Shown: positions 25,782-34,861 of the stretch, in pieces
Layout of the letters: every line of letters begins with the position of its first letter
Position numbering within the stretch: the stretch's first letter is position 1
Assembly (NCBI GenBank): GCA_031386385.1
Contig: JANNCG010000476.1
Span: 1 to 44,472 of the forward strand
Origin: Myxococcales bacterium
GTDB taxonomy: Bacteria; Myxococcota_A; Polyangia; Polyangiales; Ga0077539
Length of the DNA stretch: 44,472 nt
Direction of reading: 5' to 3'
The notes under the pieces: generated by a model
The model's database searches: none
The model's input: only the letters and a program-made list of their open reading frames with translations
Told to the model about the DNA's origin: nothing
Program-made: the position numbers and the translations under genes

Positions 25782-27065
25782 TCAACTGCCACCATGCGTC
25801 GGCGTGCGCATAAAACGGATGTACTCCGCCAACTCTTTCTGCAACTCTGACGACGGGTCAATCCATTCAAGTCCCAACGCGACCCGACCGTTGTTCTCTT
25901 TTTGCCACCGAACAACTGCGTTCAACTGCACCATCTGCCCTGAGATCGGCAGCGAAAACTTGATCTGCACGATCTCGCCTGCTGGCCGCTTTGCCTTCGT
26001 GATCAACAATATCCCGCCTTCGGATACATCTTCGGACCGGCAATCTTGCGACTCTCCGTTGAGGATCAATCGAACAGGGGTTATGTACGCCGCTCTTGCG
26101 TTGCGTCGCTGTTCTGCCCCCGTCGGAGCTAGAACGGGAGACAGGGGTGGGGTCTCTTTTGGACCACCTAGTGATGGTATGGCGATGGGAGCGGCCGAAC
26201 CTTGAAGGGCAACGATTACCTCGCGGAGAGTCTGTGGCCGATCTTCTCGTTGATACGCCAGCATTTTTGCGACTAGTTTAGATAGCTCTGGATTAATATT
26301 ATGTACGAGCGTTATCAGCTCCGGTGCTACCGAGGCTAAATGCACGGACTTAAATCGCGCCATCGCGTCGTTTCCGAGTGGAAGTGCGCCAGTCAACGTC
26401 TCAAATAGTGATACACCAAACGCAAATATGTCAGAGCGTGAGTCAATCTGATCGTGGCGCGTGTGCACCTGCTCGGGCGCCATATACTCAACGGTGCCAA
26501 GCAGCTCGCCGGCGAATGTCAGTTTTCTTGTCGGTTCTTGCTGCTTCTTCGAGAGACTTGAGACTCCAAAATCAAGCAATTTTACCGCGTACTTTCCGGA
26601 CCCACTGTTGAGCGCGACAAAAATGTTTGCCGGCTTAATGTCACGGTGCACAAAGCTAATTTCGTGCAATCTTGCGAGCGTGGTCGCGAGGGGGATAAAG
26701 ATTCTCATGACCTCTTCGGGGCGCAGGCAACCGCGCGCAACGATGAGCCCGTCAAGTGGACGCCCAATCAGGTGTTCCATGACGATGTAGATGCCAAACT
26801 TCGCGCACTCACCAGCGCCCAAAATTTCAACGACGCCTTCGCCGCGTGCCATCTCCAAAAACTGAGCTTCTCTCAGAAGCCGCGCCCGAAACTCTTCGTG
26901 ATGCTTCTTCTCAGTCGGGAGCACCTTAATCACAACACGACGTTTCGTGATTGTGTGTTCGGCTTCGTAGATGTCGCTCATGCCTCCTCGCGCGAGAAGT
27001 CGTCGAATCGCATAGTACTGATCGACAAGCTCATTGTCGGTCCCACTGTCAGTCATTGCTTTCAT
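25782..27065 (-). CDS. Ser/Thr protein kinase with a C-terminal PilZ (c-di-GMP-binding) domain
   Basis: ORF 25782..27242, with the likely start at Met60 (27065) or Met63 (27056). Kinase: ARGGMSDIY, VVIKVL, HRDIKPANIFV, DFGVS, YMAPEQ. PilZ: RRNAR (RxxxR, nt 26108-26094) and DVSEGG (DxSxxG, nt 26030-26013), followed by a beta-barrel-like tail. Confidence 0.85.
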   Translation of the reverse strand: MKAMTDSGTDNELVDQYYAIRRLLARGGMSDIYEAEHTITKRRVVIKVLPTEKKHHEEFRARLLREAQFLEMARGEGVVEILGAGECAKFGIYIVMEHLIGRPLDGLIVARGCLRPEEVMRIFIPLATTLARLHEISFVHRDIKPANIFVALNSGSGKYAVKLLDFGVSSLSKKQQEPTRKLTFAGELLGTVEYMAPEQVHTRHDQIDSRSDIFAFGVSLFETLTGALPLGNDAMARFKSVHLASVAPELITLVHNINPELSKLVAKMLAYQREDRPQTLREVIVALQGSAAPIAIPSLGGPKETPPLSPVLAPTGAEQRRNARAAYITPVRLILNGESQDCRSEDVSEGGILLITKAKRPAGEIVQIKFSLPISGQMVQLNAVVRWQKENNGRVALGLEWIDPSSELQKELAEYIRFMRTPTHGGS

Positions 27066-27287
27066 CTCCGTATCGAGTTGGTTTCGGTCACTCTTCGCAT
27101 CCAGAGCGACGCGACGAACCCTATCAGAGCGAGATAGCGAGTGTCGAGCACGACAGCTTTGTCGGACCCTGGCGTCGCGGCCAACGCCAAATACCTCATT
27201 AACTTCGCCAAAGCGGCCAGTGCAAATTGTACACCGCGCCAACCATAAACTCCGATAGCATGGAGGGAGTTAGGTGGAGGCCATACC

Positions 27288-28691
27288 TTGAATCAATCTG
27301 CACGGCGGGTACTCGTCATTGACGATTCAAAGACGATTCATGCGGTATTGACCGCTTTTTTGTCTGAACGTGGCTGGGTCGTCGAGACATTCTTCGACGG
27401 CGAATCGGGAGCCTCGGCAGCTTTTCAGCAGCCGCCAGATGCAGTCATCTGTGATCAATCCATGGGTGGAATCTCGGGCATTCAACTGTGTCGGTTGCTC
27501 CGCGAAGATCCGCGGACTGCCACCATTCCAGTCGTCATTCTCACGGCAACGACCACCAAGCAGGGTCAATTTTGGGCGATGGAATCTGGCGCCAGCGGCT
27601 ATGTCGCCAAAACGGCAATCGCGACGCTCGTACCGATGATTGAGAGTTTGAAAGCAATCCCGAAACGCGTTCGGCGAACTTCTGCACCAGATACAGCACA
27701 TTTGAGCGTCTCGCAGCGACTGGGTCACCTGCTGGACTCTTCGCTCTTTGACGCGATGCTGAAGAATAAGTTTATGGCCATCGCGACGGCTTCTGACTCA
27801 ACGGCAACGCTCTTCGCAAGTGTGGCAGAGCTGCTTGCGAGTGTTCTTTCGGTTCAGTGGATCGCCCTGAGCGTGACGGGAGAACCAAAAGCGTTTTTGC
27901 TCTGCCGTCCGGGTGATCAGTCAGCAGAGCTTGAGGCACGCAGCGCATTACAGCTTGACACCAGGTCTGAACTCGAGACGACTCAAAGCGACAGGTGTGT
28001 GCTGGCTGGCCCTGAACGAACTAGAGCCGTGCGCCCGTTGGTATTTGCCGAGCAGGCAATTGGACGGCTCGTGCTTGAGCTCTCCCATGAGAATTTGTCC
28101 GCGCAGGATCATGTTGTCGTCGATATCGCAGAGCAGCAAATTCCTGTCGGATTGCAGCTTGTGAGGCTCATCGAACAAACCACAAAGCTTGCCATGACGG
28201 ATGCGCTCACAGGCATCAGCAACCGGCGATGTGGCGTCGACAACCTTGAGCGAGCGCTCTCAGCTTCATCAAGGCACGGGACTCCGCTTTGCATCGCGAT
28301 GGTTGATGTGGACCACTTTAAAAGTGTGAACGACCGCTTTGGGCATGACGGTGGCGATGTTGTCCTCAAAGCAGTCGCCTCCATTCTCTCTCGATCGATT
28401 CGGCGCTCGGATACTGTTGCTCGTTGGGGAGGTGAAGAATTCTTGCTGCTTTTTCCCCAAACCGCCAGACAAGGCACGCTTCTCGTCTGCGAACGTCTGC
28501 GACAGGTCATTGCCGGTCGGAGTCTCGATACCGCCACTGGGGCGAAGCTGACGGTGACTGCGTCAATTGGGGTCGCCGTCGCGGCCGAAAGCGACACGGC
28601 TGAATCGCTCTTACGTCGCGCTGACGATGCGCTCTATCAGGCGAAAAACTCCGGTCGAAATCGTGTCGTAGGACCGGTCGATGAGTCGTAG
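27288..28691 (+). CDS. Response-regulator receiver + GGDEF diguanylate cyclase
   Basis: REC: VLVIDDSKT, acceptor Asp in VICDQSM, VVILTA, YVAKT. Middle ~150 aa of unknown (GAF/PAS-like?) fold. GGDEF: GGEEF at nt 28428-28442, with an I-site RRSD five residues upstream. TTG start. Confidence 0.85.
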   Translation: MNQSARRVLVIDDSKTIHAVLTAFLSERGWVVETFFDGESGASAAFQQPPDAVICDQSMGGISGIQLCRLLREDPRTATIPVVILTATTTKQGQFWAMESGASGYVAKTAIATLVPMIESLKAIPKRVRRTSAPDTAHLSVSQRLGHLLDSSLFDAMLKNKFMAIATASDSTATLFASVAELLASVLSVQWIALSVTGEPKAFLLCRPGDQSAELEARSALQLDTRSELETTQSDRCVLAGPERTRAVRPLVFAEQAIGRLVLELSHENLSAQDHVVVDIAEQQIPVGLQLVRLIEQTTKLAMTDALTGISNRRCGVDNLERALSASSRHGTPLCIAMVDVDHFKSVNDRFGHDGGDVVLKAVASILSRSIRRSDTVARWGGEEFLLLFPQTARQGTLLVCERLRQVIAGRSLDTATGAKLTVTASIGVAVAAESDTAESLLRRADDALYQAKNSGRNRVVGPVDES

Positions 28692-28967
28692 TCGGCAAGA
28701 TTGATCCACCCGATGATCGCGCCATGCCACAGTCGGCGGCCGTTCAGTTCATGATTGCCGAATCTTCGAATCGTGTGATGCGGAGGCTGCTGAGTCGGAG
28801 AAATGACTGAAAAATGATTGGCCAAAGTGATCCTGAAAAATCGAAAAGCGCCGCATTGTATATCCCATCGAATTCCGTATACTCAACCAGCAACTTCACG
28901 AGTTCGGGACACTGTCAATTTAAACTGGACCATCCACCAGAACCATTAAACCAAATACCTTTTCATA

Positions 28968-30149
28968 TTGCGGGGAACTCTCATGACTCAACGATCATCG
29001 TCGGCAAAAATTTCAGGGTTGCATAGAGTCGCAGTATTGACGACGACTCCGACCAGCAGTTGGCCCAATGCAGCCGCGTTGACAGGCGAGTATGTGGTTC
29101 ACTTTGAGACACTTGAGCAACTGCAAGGACACTCAGATCCGCTGACTTGGCATCTGATCATCATGGACCATGCAATCGTCCGAGAGCGGTTCTCGATCGG
29201 TGAACTCACGAGTTTGCGCGAGTTGTTTGCCAATAGCACGCTGTTGATTCTTGAGGAAGTTGGCTCGCCCTCAGTCCCAAAAGCGGCCTCAAAACTTGGC
29301 TTCCGTACGACCATCCGTCCTACGGATGACTTAGCATTCGCGATTTTGATTCGCGACGCGCTGAGTGGCATCGGACAGAGTTTTGACGCGATCGCCGAAC
29401 CCACGTCGGTTTCTGGAGCAAGACCGACTCGCAATCCGCGACAGTCCGCGATGGATCTCGCGCTCACTATGGTGCGGATGCATTTTCAGCCCATCGTCCA
29501 GTGGAGCACACGGTCGGTGTTTGGATACGAAGCTCTCTGTCGCTGTGAGCACCCAAGTTTTCGAAATCCGCAAACGCTATTTGATGAGGCCGAAAGCCTC
29601 GATCGGTTGCAAGAACTGAGTCGGTGTGCTCGTTCGGCGACGGGCGCACTCATTGGATCGGCGCCGCTCGGCGTTAAATCATTGGTCAACATCCACGTTC
29701 GAGATCTTCTCGACGAGGAGTTGTTCAATCCCGATGGCCCCCTCGCAAAAAACCCCGCCCACGTCGTCATCGAAATTACTGAACGGGCATCGCTTCTTGA
29801 GATCCCCGACGCCCACGCGCGCATCGCTCGGCTGCGTTCGATGGGATATCGCATTGCGCTTGACGATTTAGGTGCTGGATATTCAGGACTCACGCTCGTC
29901 GGGTTGATTGAGCCTGAGATCGTGAAGATTGACATGTCGCTTGTTCGCGATATTCACCTGTCAAAAACCAGACAATTGGTCGTTCGCTCACTCTTGCGGC
30001 TCGCCGTCGACATCGGAGCCGAGACGATCTGCGAAGGCATTGAGACGCGCGAAGAGCGGGATGTCCTCATTGATCTGGGCTGCGATTTGTATCAGGGCTA
30101 TTTTTTCGGCAGACCTGCCAGCGGATTTACAGCTCCAAAGTTTGATTAG
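28968..30149 (+). CDS. EAL-domain c-di-GMP phosphodiesterase with a degenerate receiver-like N-terminal domain
   Basis: EAL at nt 29529-29537 (FGYEALCR), NIHVRDL, VIEITE, ALDDLGAGYSGL, KIDMSLVR, EGIETREE, QGYFFGRP. The catalytic set looks complete. Alternative start at Met6 (28983). Confidence 0.8.
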   Translation: MRGTLMTQRSSSAKISGLHRVAVLTTTPTSSWPNAAALTGEYVVHFETLEQLQGHSDPLTWHLIIMDHAIVRERFSIGELTSLRELFANSTLLILEEVGSPSVPKAASKLGFRTTIRPTDDLAFAILIRDALSGIGQSFDAIAEPTSVSGARPTRNPRQSAMDLALTMVRMHFQPIVQWSTRSVFGYEALCRCEHPSFRNPQTLFDEAESLDRLQELSRCARSATGALIGSAPLGVKSLVNIHVRDLLDEELFNPDGPLAKNPAHVVIEITERASLLEIPDAHARIARLRSMGYRIALDDLGAGYSGLTLVGLIEPEIVKIDMSLVRDIHLSKTRQLVVRSLLRLAVDIGAETICEGIETREERDVLIDLGCDLYQGYFFGRPASGFTAPKFD

Positions 30150-30279
30150 AGCGCTCCGTTGAGCAATTGTAAGCAACCTTCTGGCGCTCATTCGCTTGTG
30201 GCCCGACGGAGGTGCCCTCGCAAGTGAGCCCCCTTGCGCTCACCCCGCCTGCACGCGCATCCTCACGTCCTCGCAACCG

Positions 30280-31356
30280 ATGACATCTGAAGCACTCTAC
30301 CTGACCGACCTACCCGCAGTCTCTGCCGCCGCCCGATCGCGCAGCTCAGCGCTCGGACCTGAAAAATCTCTGCTAGATCGCCGTCATTTCGTCCAGCGCG
30401 CGCACCTCACGTGCCCCGCGACGCAGTGGAAGTACGTTGAATCTGCCGTGACCAAGAGCTCCGCAGATCTGGTCATGCTTGATCTCGAAGACTCGATTCC
30501 TCGTGGCGATGAAGCCGCACTCGCGACGGGTCGCAACAACGTGGTGCGTGCCTTCAGCGAGCTCAACTGGGGTGCGCGTTTGCGATACTTTCGCCCCCGA
30601 GGGACGCTGCTGGATCCGGGGCACGAAGATCTCGTTTATGTATTAAGTCGCATCGGCCAATGGGTTGAAGGAGTGACTCTGCCAAAAATCAATTCACCAG
30701 CTGAATTGCAGTCATTTGATCATACGATTTCAGCGATTGAGAAGCTCTGCGGTATCACTCATGGCACCATTAAAGTGCAGGTGTTGATCGAGTCAGTCAT
30801 CGCAGAAGAGGCCGCCTTTGCGATCGCGGGCGCGAGCGAACGGCTAAGCGCCCTCATTTTTGGCGCGTTTGACTATTGGGGATCGCTTCGGATAGCATCG
30901 GTGGCCTATCGCGTGGATCATCCCTTCGTGATGAACGCCCGCGAGCGCATCGTCAAAGCTGCGGCGAGTGTGGGCGTGCCAGCGATCGCTGAGATGACGC
31001 TAGCTTTTCCGACGCGGGACAAATCCGAGCTCGAGCGAACCGCGGCAATCACGCAGTGTCGGCTCGATTCGCAGCTCGCCAAGTCGCTCGGAATGCAGGG
31101 CAAATGGACCGGCATCCCCGCACAGACTGAGGTCGTTTTGTCAGTCTTTTCACAAGATAAACTCGTTGTGGATGGGGCTATTGCTCAAGTCCGGGCCTTC
31201 GCGCAGGCTGAGCGTAGCGGACGAGGTGCGATCATGATCGATGGTCAAATGGCCGACCGCGCAACCGACCGCGTGCAGCGCATGATCCTCGCCCATGCGC
31301 TCGCGCAGGGGATGCTAGACCCAGCGATCGCTCACGAGCTAGACATCCAGCATTAA
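30280..31356 (+). CDS. HpcH/HpaI aldolase / citrate lyase beta-subunit (CitE)-like protein
   Basis: ORF 30196..31356, with the probable start at Met29 (30280). DLVMLDLEDSIPRGDE and the overall TIM-barrel-like pattern are typical of CitE / malyl-CoA lyase-like enzymes. Confidence 0.55.
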   Translation: MTSEALYLTDLPAVSAAARSRSSALGPEKSLLDRRHFVQRAHLTCPATQWKYVESAVTKSSADLVMLDLEDSIPRGDEAALATGRNNVVRAFSELNWGARLRYFRPRGTLLDPGHEDLVYVLSRIGQWVEGVTLPKINSPAELQSFDHTISAIEKLCGITHGTIKVQVLIESVIAEEAAFAIAGASERLSALIFGAFDYWGSLRIASVAYRVDHPFVMNARERIVKAAASVGVPAIAEMTLAFPTRDKSELERTAAITQCRLDSQLAKSLGMQGKWTGIPAQTEVVLSVFSQDKLVVDGAIAQVRAFAQAERSGRGAIMIDGQMADRATDRVQRMILAHALAQGMLDPAIAHELDIQH

Positions 31357-31381
31357 GGGATAACAAAAAAACTAATATCGC

Positions 31382-32365
31382 TTACAGCCAATGGTTGTCG
31401 CGATACCAAGCGGCGCTCAGCTTGGCGCCCTCAGAGAAGTCTACCGAGGGCTTCCACTGTAAGTCGCGACGAGTTGAGTCTGTCTCAAACTCAAAGTGCT
31501 TAATCGCCAGCTCGTTGACCTTGTCCTTTGTGAACATCATCGGTTTGTTCGCAAGCCGTCCGAAGGCCTCGCTGGCTCGTGCGGCCACCCGCAAAATTCC
31601 CAACGGAATGATCGGCCGTCCCCAGGTCTCGACGTTGAGCGCGCTCGCGATCTCCGTCGCCATTTGATCAAAGCTTCGAGGCTCTCCGTCGGTCACAAAG
31701 TACACACTCCCCGATGCGACATCCGCGTCGATGGCACGGATACACGCTGCGGCGCAGTCGGGTCCATAAACAACCTCCATCGAGTCAAACCCGCCTCCCA
31801 TTTTAAAGGCAACTCCGTACGAGACCATCTGAAAAAACGCGAACATTTCTGGATCTCGCGCGCCATAGATCGCCGGTGGGCGCAGGACTGTGATCGGGAT
31901 CTTTGCGCTCAGCGCGCGTACACCCTCTTCGCCACGAAGCTTGCTTCGGCCGTACTCAGTGACGGGATTTGGAGCCGTGTCGCGTTGATGCTTTTGCCCC
32001 GGCTCGCTGGGCCCCATCAGGGCCGCTGTTGAGACCAGCACAAAGCGTTTAATGCTGGGATTGTGCTCAGCGACTGCCTCTGCAAGCGCGACCGAACCTC
32101 GGTGATTGACGGCATCAAACTCCTCGGCGTTGCGAGCTTTGACGAGCCCCGCGCAGTGAATCACCGCGTCGACGCCCTTGACCGCCGCTGGGAGCGTGTC
32201 GGCTTGATCAACGGCACCAAACGCAAGCTCGACACCGAGCTTTTCGAGGTACTTCGTGTTCGATGATTTGCGCACCAAACACCGGACCTGCTGGTTGTCA
32301 GCCAGTAGTTGTTCTGCGACGTGTGAGCCTAAAAATCCGGACGCGCCGGTGACGAGAACTTTCAT
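31382..32365 (-). CDS. NAD-dependent epimerase/dehydratase (extended SDR) family protein
   Basis: The internal ATG at 32365 gives MKVLVTGASGFLGSHV, a Rossmann GxxGxxG motif. YGRSK provides the catalytic YxxxK. This start lies 8 nt downstream of the stop of the upstream gene (32373). Confidence 0.8.
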   Translation of the reverse strand: MKVLVTGASGFLGSHVAEQLLADNQQVRCLVRKSSNTKYLEKLGVELAFGAVDQADTLPAAVKGVDAVIHCAGLVKARNAEEFDAVNHRGSVALAEAVAEHNPSIKRFVLVSTAALMGPSEPGQKHQRDTAPNPVTEYGRSKLRGEEGVRALSAKIPITVLRPPAIYGARDPEMFAFFQMVSYGVAFKMGGGFDSMEVVYGPDCAAACIRAIDADVASGSVYFVTDGEPRSFDQMATEIASALNVETWGRPIIPLGILRVAARASEAFGRLANKPMMFTKDKVNELAIKHFEFETDSTRRDLQWKPSVDFSEGAKLSAAWYRDNHWL

Positions 32366-32372
32366 CGGCTGC

Positions 32373-33503
32373 TCACAGAGCCTTTTCGTAGACGCGATAG
32401 GTTTTATATATTTTAGCACCCATCGCCTTGATTCCCACGTTGACCGGGGCGTTGTCTTCGAGAGTCCAAGACAGCTCGCCGTGAGTCATTCCGAGCTTCG
32501 CCGCGCGATCATTCATCTCGGCATAGAGCGCCACAGAAAGGGGTGCCCACTTTCGCTGATCGCGATACTTTTTTCGCACACCAAGCAGGACCAATCGCGC
32601 AGACTTGGTCCCTGAGCCCTTCAAGCGATACAAAAACTTTGCCCAGCCGAACGGAAACAAGCTTCCATTCAGATCTCGCGCCGCCTCGTTGAGGTTTGGC
32701 AACGCCACCGCGATCGCCGCTGCCTCGCCGTCAATCTCTGCCACAATGGCGATTTCTGGCCGCAAAATCAGCTTAAAGTCGGCAACGGTCTTCTTCATTT
32801 CGGGCTCTGTCATGGGGACAAAGCCCCAGTTCGAGCTCCAAGTCTCGTTGAAAATGTCCATCACGATCCGAGTGTCACGCTCCATCTCACTCATATCGAC
32901 TGAGCGGATTTTGAGCGCGGGATCTTTTAGCAGCTCAGTGTGTGCTCGACGGGCTCGCGGCGGGACCTCGCCGACAACGTAATTCCACGCGTAGAGATCT
33001 TTGATCTTTTCGAAGCCAGCGCCCTCAATGAGCTTGTGCTGATACGCGCGGTGGTGCGGCATCATGACCGACGGAGGGGTATCAAACCCGTCAATCAAAC
33101 ACCCGGTCTCTTCGTTGATGCTCAGCGACATCGGACCGCGCATTTTGGTCATCCCTTTGGACTGCAACCACTCTGCGGCGGTTTGCAACAGCGCCTGAGC
33201 AACCTCGGCGTCGTCAATCGTGTCAAAAAAGCCGAAAAATCCCACGCCGTCGTGATAGCGCTCGGTGTGCTCGCGGTCGATCTGAGCGGTACAGCGACCC
33301 ACAAGCTCGCCATTTTTCTTCGCGACGAAATAGATCGCTTCGGCGTGGAGAAAGAAAGGATTTTTCTTCGGGTGAAGCTGATCCTCAAAGAGCATTTCAA
33401 GCGGCGCAACCCAGTTGGGATCCCCCTCAAACACCCGGTACGGAACTTTGACGAACTCTTTGATGCTCTGGCCGGGTTCAATCCGGATAATCTCGACAGT
33501 CAT
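32373..33503 (-). CDS. GNAT-like N-acyltransferase family protein (~375-aa family of unknown substrate)
   Basis: The internal ATG at 33503 gives MTVEIIRIEPGQSIKEFVKVPYRVFEGDPNWVAPL... MRGPMSLSINEETGCLIDGFD and LFPFGWAKFLYRLK match a conserved family usually annotated as GNAT. This is recalled from memory, not searched. Confidence 0.45.
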   Translation of the reverse strand: MTVEIIRIEPGQSIKEFVKVPYRVFEGDPNWVAPLEMLFEDQLHPKKNPFFLHAEAIYFVAKKNGELVGRCTAQIDREHTERYHDGVGFFGFFDTIDDAEVAQALLQTAAEWLQSKGMTKMRGPMSLSINEETGCLIDGFDTPPSVMMPHHRAYQHKLIEGAGFEKIKDLYAWNYVVGEVPPRARRAHTELLKDPALKIRSVDMSEMERDTRIVMDIFNETWSSNWGFVPMTEPEMKKTVADFKLILRPEIAIVAEIDGEAAAIAVALPNLNEAARDLNGSLFPFGWAKFLYRLKGSGTKSARLVLLGVRKKYRDQRKWAPLSVALYAEMNDRAAKLGMTHGELSWTLEDNAPVNVGIKAMGAKIYKTYRVYEKAL

Positions 33504-33619
33504 GTAGGTTTTCAACGCGCCTTTTAGCTCTTTTTTGACCCAATTGTGAGCGTGTTTATGGGTCGAAACAGCACCCAATGAGCTTTGTATTAGGCTATAC
33601 TCCTCGGTCAACACACCCT

Positions 33620-34861
33620 ATGCCCGCCATGGTCTATCGCCCCAAAGCCCACAAGCTATCCCTCGCGCTGGTCCTCCTCGCAGCGGGAATTACCGTTGAG
33701 ATTCAAGCCTTTGCACAGCAAGCTGAGCCGACGATAGAGCAGCGTCGTGAAGCGGGAATGGCCTATTCTCGCGCTTCGGCGCTCAGAGCGGGCGGCCAGC
33801 ACGAACAGGCGGCGGGACTTTTTGAGACGGCGAACCGGTTAGCTCCAAGCGTTCAGGCGCTGGGCAACGCGATCAGAGAGTACCGAGAACTCCACAATCC
33901 CCAAAGCGAGATGCGAGCGGCCAACCTGTCCCTTCGTCTGTTGTCTCGGTATGGAAGTGACCCTCGCTTCGCAGAATACGCCAACCGAGTCATTCTTGAG
34001 ACCTCGCCAACGCTCGTCCGAATTGCGGTGTCGTGTGATGGATGCACCGTTGAAGCGGACGGTGCGCTGCAAAACGATGCAGAGTTTTTTGTCCAGCCCG
34101 GCGCACATACACTGACCGCACACTGGCCTGGCCCACGTGAGCGTGAGCATCGGCTTGGCAATCTCCGAGCGGGGACGTCAGAAAACGTCACGATTCTCCC
34201 AACGCCCGAGCGAGCGGTCGGACGCCCAAACAACGCGACAACAACCATCGCGGCAACCAACGGCACAAACAACGGATCGAGTAACAGCTCGAACACTACG
34301 GCGGTCTCGACTCCGGCGACCGCGTCACAGCATGTTGATACCGAGCGACCGGGCGCGGTGAACGCCAACGGCGGCGCGGTCACAGATCCGACCCACACAG
34401 CGACCGGTACTGGGACAGGCACAGGAACAGGCACTGGAAGCTCAGACGCTGGAGGCGAAGGATTTGGCAACGGGTTAGTCCAGCCTCCGCCGCCGAGCCG
34501 CGGTGGTATTCACCCTGCAATTTTTCTCACAGCGACCGCTTTGACTCTCGGCGCTGGAGGCGTATTGGTCTGGTCGGCGCTTGACGCCAACGCTGGGGTG
34601 CCAGCGTACCAAGCTGCGGCAAGTTTGAGCGGCGACAGCCAAGAGGCGTACAACGCCGCGTCGCTGCTTCTTGATGATGGCCGTGGTCGAGAACTGCGCA
34701 CGAACATCCTTATTGGCGTTACCTCGGGATTGGGTGCTATCGCAGTAGGTACATTGATTTTCACCCGCTGGAACCGAAGCGAACGAGCACCGACGACCGT
34801 CGCCCGGTTGATCCCAGGCTTTGGTCCATCCCCTACCCTCACACTTTGCGGGACATTTTAG
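33620..34861 (+). CDS. Hypothetical exported/membrane protein (TPR-like N-terminal part, Asn/Thr/Gly-rich linker, C-terminal TM helices)
   Basis: ORF 33578..34861. Met15 (33620) gives the signal-like MPAMVYRPKAHKLSLALVLLAAGITVEIQAFAQQ. Two predicted TM helices lie near the C-terminus. The 3' end overlaps the next kinase ORF by 16 nt, or is separated by 2 nt if that kinase starts at GTG 34864. Confidence 0.5.
   Translation: MPAMVYRPKAHKLSLALVLLAAGITVEIQAFAQQAEPTIEQRREAGMAYSRASALRAGGQHEQAAGLFETANRLAPSVQALGNAIREYRELHNPQSEMRAANLSLRLLSRYGSDPRFAEYANRVILETSPTLVRIAVSCDGCTVEADGALQNDAEFFVQPGAHTLTAHWPGPREREHRLGNLRAGTSENVTILPTPERAVGRPNNATTTIAATNGTNNGSSNSSNTTAVSTPATASQHVDTERPGAVNANGGAVTDPTHTATGTGTGTGTGTGSSDAGGEGFGNGLVQPPPPSRGGIHPAIFLTATALTLGAGGVLVWSALDANAGVPAYQAAASLSGDSQEAYNAASLLLDDGRGRELRTNILIGVTSGLGAIAVGTLIFTRWNRSERAPTTVARLIPGFGPSPTLTLCGTF
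34403..34438 (+). repeat. Imperfect 6-nt coding microsatellite encoding (Thr-Gly)6
   Basis: aa 276-287 of ORF 33578 read TGTGTGTGTGTG (accggt actggg acaggc acagga acaggc actgga). Confidence 0.8.

Noticed and set aside
27221-27236. Minus-strand CGGTGTACAATTTGCA upstream of the kinase-PilZ gene as a sigma54 promoter
   Set aside because: It has a perfect TTGCA at -12 with GG at correct spacing. However, the -24 half is otherwise non-consensus (CGGTGTA), and it lies more than 150 nt from the likely start. I kept it only as a low-probability note.
27066-27242. 59-codon N-terminal extension of the kinase-PilZ ORF (MARCTICTGRFGEV…)
   Set aside because: It is Arg/Cys-rich and motif-free. The kinase domain begins right after Met60/Met63, and the extension would consume most of the divergent promoter region.
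28692-28967. c-di-GMP riboswitch in the spacer before the EAL gene
   Set aside because: It is attractive by context, but I could not find the conserved GEMM-type core sequences or paired stems by eye. A covariance-model scan is needed before any claim.
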